Source: Chiloscyllium plagiosum (taxonomy: Eukaryota). From it: DNA of 64,000 nucleotides. Shown here piece after piece: positions 54,336 to 64,000 of the stretch. A program made the translations under genes and the position numbers. Below the pieces are notes generated by a model. That model had not been told where the DNA came from, made no database searches, and saw only the letters and a list, made by a program, of their open reading frames with translations. Every line of letters begins with the position of its first letter. Position 1 is the stretch's first letter. Location: positions 2,519,246 through 2,583,245 of the forward strand of contig NC_057755.1 of the NCBI RefSeq assembly GCF_004010195.1. Direction: 5' to 3'.

Positions 54336-55305
54336 TCCAAATAAACCTGTTGGACTATAACCTGGAGTTGTCTGATTTTTAACTTTGCCAAAATAAATAT
54401 GGATTGTTTCTGATAATATCATACAGTGACCTGCCACAATTTCTAACATTGAAAGACCTCATCGATGGCTGTTTATGACATAGTATGAGGTCTGTTGAAT
54501 TGCTACTGAGCAGTGGGATCATGTATTTAATAGACAAACATTTTCTGATTAACTATTCTATTTAATTTCATTAGCACCCTCTGAAGGATTTGATGGTGAT
54601 GGAGAATTACAGTGGGATCCACGCTGATAGGAATAATCCAGTTGGATATTCCATTTCCCTGGACAATTCCATTTAATTGTGCTACAATGGGAAATCTTCA
54701 GGTACCCAACTCAGCTCTCTCCCTGCTCTGGGATAAGGACACTCTGTCAGCAGTGTGAGTGGAGACTTCCCACTTGCCTGGATGGGGGCATCTCCAAAAA
54801 TCGCTCAAGAAGCTCAACACCATCCAGGACAAAGCGACCCATCTGATTGGTCCCACATCCACAAAAATCCACTCCCTCCACCTCTGACACTCAGTAGCAG
54901 CAGAATATATCATCTACAAGATGCACTGCAGAAATTCACCAAAGATCCTCAGACAGCATCTTCCAAACCCATGACCTCTTCCACCTGGAAAGACAAGGGC
55001 AGTTTATATCTGGGAACACCAAGCCCCTGCAAAGTCCCCTCCAAGCCTCTCATCATCCTCAGTTGAAAACTTATCGCTGTTCCTTCAATGTTGCTGGGTC
55101 AAAATCCTGGAATTCCCTCCCGAAGGGCATTGTAAACTGCAGTGGAATAAGAAGGCAGCTCACCACCACCTTTTCAAGAGGCAACTATGGAAAGGTAATA
55201 GATGACCCAGCCAACAATGCTCGCATCCCATGAGTGAATATTTTGAAAACATTGTTCCATAGTCTGGAAAATATAGGCCCGTCCTGTTTTGTTAACTGTG
55301 GAGTT

Positions 55306-56308
55306 TTATTTATCTATAACACAAGAAATGTATGTAACCATGTGTTTTCCTGGATTACTGAACTTTGCTCTGAGCCCAGACAATGTTGCTGCATAAATAA
55401 ATGTGCTTGTGCAACAACTTAGGTTTCGCAGCATGTGACCAATATTCCTGAAGTGATACAGAAAATCCGAGTAATCGTTAGGATTGATTCCTTGAATGGC
55501 ATGAGATAAGAAACCTACAACATTGATTAACCACAGGAGGATGAAGCTCCCAGAGATGGACAACAGCAAAATCACAGCTTTCTTTCTGCTCTCCATCTCT
55601 GGATCTCTGTAATTCTCTCCATTGCTCTCACCCTTCAGCCTCTTCTGGACTCAAATGGTCAATAAAATACGCCTGACTGTCGGAGAACTGAGCGACAGAA
55701 TTAAAGTAAATGGCAGTAAAGGTCTTAAAACCGTACCAAGCCAATCTAATGCGACCCACCAAGCTTGACTTTGTTCTACAGTAGAATGGAATATGGATTA
55801 TTATCTTCAGAGGCTCATATTGAAAATAGAAGGGGATGTTTTTCAAGCAGAACAGGGTGCAGGTTGTTGCTAGAACCACACTCGCAGTTTTCTCAGTGCA
55901 ATATTTTGTTTTTAGCTTCTGACAACAAATGCTCACAAATCGGTCAAAGGAGAAAGTGACAGTGAACCAGACAGTGCAGCCAGTAACAGGGCCCCAGTAA
56001 CACTGCACACAGAAGTAATGTCCAGGAAAAAGCGTGGGTAATAAAAAATATGACAACAAATGCTCACAAATCGGTCAAAGGAGAAAGTGAACCAGACAGT
56101 GCAGCCAGTAACAGGGCCCCAGTAACACTGCACACAGAAGTAATGTCCAGGAAAAAGCGTGGGTAATAAAAAATATGAGATCTCCCGAGTAAAACACTAG
56201 TGATAATGACCATCAGATGGGCTGCTGTCAAAATCACCAGGTAGCGAGTAGTACAAGACGAATCACCGCATTTTTCCCGGGAAAGGACAACAATCGACAT
56301 CAAATTAA
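55306..56308 (-). pseudogene. Exon 2 of a GPR139-like GPCR pseudogene
   Basis: Acceptor cccagAG then TTAATTTG: VNLMSIVVLSREKCGDSSCTTRYLV..., CTVWFTVTFSFDRFVSICCQKLKTKYCTEKTA, DPEMESRKKAVILLLSISGSFILLW, LSCCTSTFIY. Frameshifting deletions plus an internal duplication of about 131 bp. Confidence 0.92.
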
Positions 56309-57694
56309 CTCTGGGAGACAAAAGGGAAAAGATGCGGTGAATTGCTGATCACAATTTCCTCCTGCCTGTTCCACAGTGTAACAATAAGATTTTACCAGCA
56401 AAAACCGCTGTACTGTGTGATTGGAAATGTGTGGTATTCAGTGAGTTTGAATTTTAGGGCTTCCACACTCACCCCAGATTGTGCGGCTGCCCAATACTCC
56501 AGACATTATTGGTTTGGAGAGAGCCTGAGCTGATGCTTCCTCCTCAGGGAGCAGAAGGAAATCTGTGATTTTGTTTGGCTGCACGGGCACTATCTGTATA
56601 AGTGTAGTAGATTCTGACAATTCTCAGCTCCAACTCTGGTAGGCACAGAACCCAGTTAGAAACCTCGGTCCCTGTTCAGACACAGGATTGGAGAATGGAC
56701 TGTCAATAAATCAAACGCACCCGTTCTCCATAATCCGGTCACCCCTAGTGCTTTGTATTGGACCAAATCCTGATCAGAACCACAACAGGATAAGGAAACA
56801 GGTCATTAGAGCCTATTGAAGATCTTGAACAATACTCTATATATATATGACGCAATTTCAGCCCCTTTAGTGACAACGTGTGAGTGTTGGACTGTTCTGG
56901 TATTTCTACTGTAAATCTACACATCGTACATGACAAACATCTTGAAGTACAGGGATCATGAGAGCAATCTGTCAAGTTTTGAATCCAATGGCCAGAGACA
57001 ATGAGGGAGAGAAAAGGTCCAGGAGGGATGATAGTTAGACGAAGCTATGCAAAGTGAAACGGGGCACATATCCCTCAGTTCCTTTGCTTCAGAAAAAAAT
57101 CCCACCTCAGATTTAAAATTCTAAACTGATCCTGGATCCACTGCCATTTGTGAAAATTATTTCCAACACATTACCACCCTTTATGTTTCAAAATGCTTCC
57201 GAAGCCAGAACACACTGACCCGAACTCTCACACACTGCTCCCTCACTCTAGAATCGCCAACCAATGAGAATAGTTTGCGTTTTCCAAACTTTTTTTCTTA
57301 ATATCTTGTGGAATCTTGCTCAGGTCACCCCTTAACCTTCTCAATTCAAGAGAAAACAGGTCTCATTTGTGTAACAGAAACAGAAAACCTCAGCTGGACT
57401 GGCATCACTTTGGGAGAGAAAATACAGTTACAGTCTGGGTCTCGTGATCCTTCTTCCGAACTAACGTACCTGATATCTCTCCTTTTAGCTTCCTAAAGTA
57501 TGAAACCGGAACAGATGACAGAACACTGAGATCAGAGAATGCTGCAGCGGCAGTGAGGTTGGGAGTCTCTGTCAGTGGAGAATTGTACCGAGAATGCTGC
57601 TCATTGAATTGTTGTCACTTTTCCCGTGTCTGAATAAGACTGACCAGCAGATCAACAACAGATAAAGGCAATTCAATTCTCATTATGCCATTCT

Positions 57695-57761
57695 CAGGGA
57701 CGCCAATAATAACAAGGATGGTGTAGAACACCTTCTCCACGTGTTGAATTGGTCGATGCAT
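57695..57761 (-). pseudogene. Exon 1 of the same pseudogene; splice donor destroyed
   Basis: ATG 57761: MHRPIQHVEKVFYTILVIIGVP plus G, followed by AGAATG instead of GT. Phase matches exon 2 at 56308 (intron about 1.39 kb). Confidence 0.82.
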
Positions 57762-59299
57762 TTTTCCGTGCGAGGTGATCTGTCCATTCAGGCAGCTGAC
57801 AAGCCCCTTGTTTGAGACTCTGAGCTGATGCATTCCCAGAGACGCTGCCTTATGCTTTGTGGAAGCCCCTTAGGGAGATCGAGGTGACAGCATTACTCAG
57901 CTTTGTTGCTGTTTTTCAACTTTCTGTCAATGAACAAACTAATTGCAATAACAAGTTTAATCCCAATAATGAAGGAATGTTGCTACTCAGTACATCATAA
58001 AGAAATAACAAAAGAATAGAATCGGGAATCTGCCAACAATAACACTGTCCATTCAAACATCAGGCACTGTATCCTGAGATCACAAATTATTTCAAACGAT
58101 GCTGCATTGAGACAGTTTACTCCAAGTGTGAAAATATATCTCAGACCTGTCCTTCGACACTCCAAGGTAGGAGCTGCCCTCTTTAAACAGGAGCATTTCA
58201 CTCACGGATTGAAAAGTGAATCTTCTCACACACAGAATGTGTGCATTGCTGCTGAGGTCAGCATTATTTCCCCATTCCCTATTTCTCAGCATCCGGAGTC
58301 ACATGGAGGACAGAGTGAGGAGAACACACCGCCTTTCCTGGGGGAAGGGGACTCAGTCAATAAGATGGTCTTCCAACAATGGAGACATCACTGACCTCAC
58401 TCTTACTGACACGCCCTAACCAGATATATCAATGATCAAAGACTCCCTGCAGTTTGAAAGGTGGCCATTCAACTGATTGACTTCAGACCGACCCTCCGAA
58501 TACCTCCCACACAGACCCACCCACCTACTCTCTCCCTGTACCTCACACGGTAAGTCCACTTAAGCAACACCTCTCTGGAGATTATGGACAATGGCTATGG
58601 TAGCTGTGTGGATGGATCATGTGAGACATACTGATAGTCCTTGATCTTATCCGAGAAATATACATTGCCATCCGCTTATGCATGAAATGGACCGTACATC
58701 ACTTTTCACCTAAGCCAAAGAGGAATCTGGTTAATCAACCCTAGTCTACCCATGTACCTCCGTGCCCGAACTCCCATGGTGAAATCCAGTATCTTTCAAA
58801 CTCTGCTCCTAAGCATGATGAGTCACTAGAGGCGGCACTTGACTTACTGAGAATAGAAATCAACTAAATATACTAATTACACTTGTATAAGCTATGTAGT
58901 TGTCATGAAATGAAAAAGGAGGGAATGAGAAAGTCTATAGCCTTAAAACTTGTCATAGAGTCATAGAGTCATAGATATGTACTTTAAACATTTAGACTAC
59001 AATGTAATGTTGAATGATAGAACACATATGCTGCACATTAGAAAACTGACAGGTAGGGAAGTTAAGGGAATTAAGAACATTTGCTTTAACCCAGTTAGTT
59101 TAGCTTCTAAGTATCAGTGTTACGTTGGAACAGTAATGTTATTAGTAAATAAAGGGGATTACTTAAATTAAACTAAAGTGTCTGTAAGAGGCGTTTTTAT
59201 TCCAGACCAACAAAAAGTGCAATCTCTGGGACGAACCAAGAGAGAGCTTTACAGGTTGAGTCCAAAAGGGATTTCCTTGTTGCAAATCTGTACTTTAAC

Positions 59300-59786
59300 A
59301 GCTGCACTTAGAGTATTCTGTACAGTTCCAGTCTCCGCATTATAGAAGGGGTGGGGAAGGTTTGGAAAGTGGTCAGATGAGATTTACTTGCATGTTGCCT
59401 GGTATGGAGGGAAGGTCTTATGAAGAAAGAAGTTTGAGAGGTGACCTAATTAAGACAGATAAGATAATCACAGGATCATATAGGGTGTACAGTGAGAGCC
59501 TTTTTCCTCAGATGGTGATGGCTAGCACGAATGGCATAACTTTAACTGGAGGGGTGATAGATATAGGACACATGTCAGAGGTAGTTCCTTTACTCAGAGA
59601 GTAGTAAGGGCGTGGAACGTACTTCCTGTAACAGTAGTAGACTCACTAAGTTTAACGGCATTTAAATAGTCATTGGATAAACATATGGAAGAAAATGGTA
59701 TACTGTAGGTTAGATGGCTTCAGATTGGCTTCACAGGTCAGCGCACTATCATTGCGCTGTAATGTTCTATGTCCTATGTTCTATGA
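59300..59786 (+). mobile_element. CR1-type LINE 3' fragment
   Basis: MLPGMEGRSYEER, LRGDLIK; tail ttctatgtcctatgttctatg. Confidence 0.8.
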
Positions 59787-59899
59787 AAATATCATCAGTA
59801 TATTCTTAATTCCAAACATATATTCAGGACGGATTCCATAATCTGTATTGCAGGAATTTAGTCTCACCTTGTGGGTTAATCTCGAATTTTTCTCAAACC

Positions 59900-61090
59900 C
59901 AATACCCCTACCCCATTACCTCCATGACCTCTCACCCTAGCTACACCCCCTCCATATCTCTGTAACTTCCTCCAGCCCTGATATCTCTCCCCTTCGATCT
60001 CGATGACCTTGCCACTAGCTACACCCCTCCATATCTCTGTAACCTCCTCCAGTCCCTACACCTCTCCCCTCCTACCGGCATGACCTCTGACTCCAGCTAC
60101 ATCCCTCCTATCTCTGTAACCTTCTCCAACCCATATACCTCTACACAGTACCTGCAACTCTCTACCTCCATATAACCTTGTCACAACCTCCAGCCCAACA
60201 TCCATCTTATCTCTGCCACCTCCTTCACTAAAGTCAAACCGAGCTGATCTTGTTAATATTGATTTTGCTTCATGCATCTCTTGTTAAATGTAACCATTGT
60301 GTGTCACTTTGTCTAAGCACCCTATGGTCTGTATGCCCTTGCTTATTATGATCTACTTGTACTGCTCACAAACTACGATTTTCACTGTCCTTAGGTACAC
60401 CTAACCACAATAAATCAAATCGAATAATCCAGCCACAATGCACCTCGCTATCTCTGTACCCACTGTGAGCACATACACTCACCCTATCTCTGTCACCTTC
60501 TCGACAACCTACATCCTTCCCTTTTTCCATAGCTTCTTCCAGCATTTACATCTCTATCTCTAGAACCTCCATATTTACCTATCTCTGTAAAATTCTCCAG
60601 CAACTCCATCCCTCCTTATATATTGAACCACCTCCACAATCTACATCATTCCTTATCTCTGAGGTATACTCCATCCATCACACCACCTCCTCCATGTCAT
60701 ACATCTGTCACTTTAATCTCCACACCCCAAGAGCCTCTCTAATTCTGTAATTTCATCCAGCACCAATGTCCATCTGTGTAACCTCCTCCAACATCAACAA
60801 ATGCCCTTATCCCTGAAAACTCCTCCAGCTCTCACACATCTTCCTATCGCTGTCAGCTCCTCCAGATACTCCTGACCTCTATATCTCGGCAAACGCCTCC
60901 CATCCTTGCCACCCGCAGCATCTCTGGAAATTCCTCCATCCCCTACATGCGTCCAGATTAATGTTATATCCTCAATTCCCCGCAACTCTCCGTATCACTG
61001 TGTCATCTTCCAACCTGTACACCATTCCTAATCGCTATAGCTTCTTACAGAAACTTCATCACTTCCTATCTCTCTATCATCCTCCAATGA
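59900..61090. repeat. Degenerate C/T-rich tandem repeat (motif tatctctgtaacctcctccagc) interrupted by a LINE 3' tail at about 60240-60425
   Basis: Motif variants recur roughly every 35-45 bp, e.g. 59955, 60031, 60109, 60449, 60485, 60580, 60771. Confidence 0.8.
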
Positions 61091-61120
61091 TGCAGGAATT
61101 GGCAAGGTGAGAGGAGGAAA

Positions 61121-61789
61121 TTTACATTCCTGATTAAAATTTCTGACCCACGTTAACAATCAGTTCTGGATAATTTGCAAGTTTGAATAAACTCTGTGGA
61201 ATATAGGTAAGGCAGTGCTACTTCTGCAACCATAATTGCTTCTGCAAGGTGAATGAACAAACCGACACCAGTGGAGAATTGTTTCAGCAAAGAGCTGAGT
61301 TAGCTCAAATGTGCATGCAAGAATGAAGACTATGTAAAGGGATATATAGTCTCTTCTGAGTCAGCTAAAATTGTATAAAAGAATGGAATGTGCCTGCAAA
61401 CAATGGAAGATGTTACGGACAAATAGTTAAGTTGAAAAAGAACATCAAGATATTCCAAGCTCAACAAATTTCCTTCATGTCAGCACTGAAGCGAGACAAG
61501 TAGCTTACAGGGAGGAGGGTTGCCGGGCCTGGAGTACGGGGAGAAGTAAACAAGGGAGGGGCGCAGCTGGGCAGGGGCAGAACACAATAAGGGATAGTGA
61601 TAATTTTGAAGGCCAATGAGGTAAACGGGGAAGTACCGAGAATTAAACTGTATAAATTGTGGAGTAATTTCTGGATCGGGGTGGCTACTTGCTAGTCACC
61701 CCTTCTTGCAAGAGCGTTTCAATAAAATTCGCTGCTTCAGAATTTGACTCGGACTGAAATTTATTATAATGTGAGCTCTGTTTCTCACA
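61121..61789 (+). mobile_element. Probable LTR (solo or 3')
   Basis: Preceded by purine tract gagaggaggaaa; TATAAA at about 61651, AATAAA at 61721, ends ...ctcACA. Confidence 0.5.
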
Positions 61790-62999
61790 AACTCTAAATG
61801 CCTTTTTCATAACCTCTGGAGCATTAATTCCCATTGCCCGTCCAACCTCAGTCAATTCAAGAAGAAGAATTTTAGATTAAAATTTCAAACCTCACTACCT
61901 TCTGCCTGGTCACCTCCGTGATAGTCTTTTCACGGCATTGTGTTGTGTAAAGTGAAGCTGCTTTGATCTTCTCTCTGATCACACTCACTCCCAGACAGAT
62001 CAGCCTGAGACACAGTCAGTGCAGTGACCTTGCCTTCCCTGGATTACCTCTTGCAGCCTCGTGCCTCAGACAAAGCCAGGTTACAAACTGACTGTGATGT
62101 CAGGTCTCTCTCTGTGATGTAAACGGTGAAGTCACACTGACACTGTGACGTCACACTTTAACCTGTCCAGTACAAGGGGCCTGACTGCAATCAAACAGAG
62201 AGTTACTGAAACCCTCACTGTCATCAGGTTACAATATGTTCACATTCCAGAATGTGCAAAGTCTTTCCAGACGTAGACACTGTGGGGTATAGGCAATATA
62301 CAGTATTGGGATTATCATCACCTTTTGTGCCTTCTTTTACTAAGAGCATAATTAGCCTTTTGCTCTGGGTAAATCGGTGACATCTGCACAGCAGCGAGAG
62401 GTGCGTGGAATAGCGGCAGCCTCCTGACAGTCTGAGGTGGTGTGTGTAACTCGTCTTCAGACTCGCAGGCTGACCAAGAGTCCAGGCCATGGCTGGGCCC
62501 GTGTGCCTGTATTGGTAGTTCCAAACACACTTTAATATCTGGATGTTTTGCTTGCTTTTTGGCTTTATGTTATTTCTGCTGTTTAATTATGGTTTTGTAA
62601 CCAAGGTTGTACCAGAGAATGGAGATTTTGTATATTTTTCAACGTACTCATGTATTCCTATTCTTCAAGACACTTGACATTAAAATCTAATTCTGGATCT
62701 AATTCTCGCACTAAACCTCAAGGGAGTCAATTGTGTCAACTAAGTACTTACATTATTGATAGTCATTTAACAAATATACTTAGTTTGTTTTATATGCTTC
62801 ACATTGAAAGGAAGAGTTGGCAATGACTTTAGATAATTCAGTAAGGCAATATTTACAACTGGAAGCTAAGATTTTGAAATACTGACAGCGAGCCTCTCTC
62901 CACAAGTGATGGGAGCTATTCTCAGACAGATATCCCTGAAACAGCTCTTGAACAAGATCTCGTTCCCTATCTCCTTCAAATCAGTACTTTTGTTATCAC

Positions 63000-63290
63000 A
63001 GAATCCCCAGAGTGTGGAAACAGAGCATTTGGCCCAATAAGTCGACGCCATACTTGAAAAGAGCAAACCAACCAGAAACATTCCCTTTTCTCTTACTCTA
63101 TATTTCCCTCTGACTAATGCCCCTAAGCTGCACATCGTTGGATTGTGGGAGGAAACCCGAGCACGCGGAGGAAGCTCATGCAGACACTGGGAGAATGTGC
63201 AAACTCCACATGCACAGTTGCCTGAGACGGGAATCAAACCGAGGGCCCTGGAACTGAGGCAGCAGCACTAATCACTATACCACTATATCC
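63000..63290 (-). mobile_element. tRNA-derived SINE (HE1/V-SINE type)
   Basis: Reverse complement of the 28583 SINE core (gtggagtttgcacattctcc, gggtttcctcccacaatcc). Confidence 0.85.
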
Positions 63291-63579
63291 TTACACTAAC
63301 AGAAAGCAAACATTGCCGGTTTGAATGTAGAACTGCTCACTCTAGCAGGTACTGTACTCTCCTGATACTTGTGTTACCTACCAGTTACATCAGAGATAAC
63401 AATACTCTTATCATCCAACTGCAGCTTCAGTTCTGGTTACAAAACACACTCTCATTGCAATAACAGTCAGAGATTTGCTGCACTGTTGAACAGGCATTAT
63501 GTTTAATTCCTCTCAAGTACAAACACTGACCAATCTTAGATCACGAGAACTATATTTACATCTGAGACACAAGGATTCG

Positions 63580-64000
63580 ATGCCAGCCTAAGAGGTATAG
63601 TTAGTAAGTTTGCAGATGACACCAATTTTGGAGATGCAGTGGATAGCGACGAAAGTTACCTCAGGTTGCAAAGTATCTTGTTCAGATGGGCCAGTGGGCT
63701 GAGAAGTGGCACATGGAGTTTAATTTAGATAAGGTCGTAGGGATGTTGCTGAACAAAGCGATCTTGGACTGTAGGTTCATAGTTCCTTGAATGTGGAGTC
63801 ACAAGTAGATAGGATAGTGAAGAAGGCGTTTGGTATGCTTTCCTTTATGGGTCAGAGTGTTGAGTATAGCAGTTGGGAAGTTATGTTGCGGCTGTACAGG
63901 ACATTGGTTAGGCCACTGTTGGAATATTGCGTGCAACTCTGGTCTCCTTCCTATCGGAAACATGCTGTGAAACTTGAAAGAGTTCAGAAAAGATTTACAA
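63580..64000 (+). mobile_element. CR1/HER1 LINE fragment running off the window end
   Basis: KFADDT, WAEKWHMEFN, LVRPLLEYCVQLWSPSYRK. Confidence 0.88.

Noticed and set aside
58822..58840. CTCF-like motif tcactagaggcggcac (another near 3658)
   Set aside because: Needs an indel or several mismatches to fit consensus; expected by chance.
59900..61090. Repeat-spacer pattern reminiscent of a CRISPR array
   Set aside because: Vertebrate DNA, repeats degenerate, intervening sequences are variants of one another, no cas genes.

Overview
Eukaryotic, repeat-rich genomic DNA, almost certainly from a cartilaginous fish (shark), judged from HE1/V-SINE, HER1/CR1-type LINEs, Penelope relics and the GPCR family present. 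There is one scaffold gap at 2056-2556. The main gene content is a cluster of two-exon class A GPCR genes resembling the chondrichthyan-expanded 'GPR139-like' family. It comprises one apparently intact minus-strand gene (exon 1 33939-33723, 13.3 kb phase-1 intron, exon 2 20464-19551, about 376 aa), two minus-strand pseudogenes (about 9540-10380; 55306-57761) and an orphan plus-strand exon 1 at 3-69. The ORF track misses the spliced structure. The rest is decayed retroelements: a 5'-truncated Tx1-type LINE, many CR1/HER1 pieces including a near full-length copy with ORF1, a Rex1/Babar LINE, Penelope fragments with hammerhead-like cores, an internally deleted LTR element with PBS and PPT, other LTRs, SINEs and microsatellites. 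Four near-identical head-to-tail duplications may be real or assembly artefacts. All family names come from motif recognition by eye; no database search was run.
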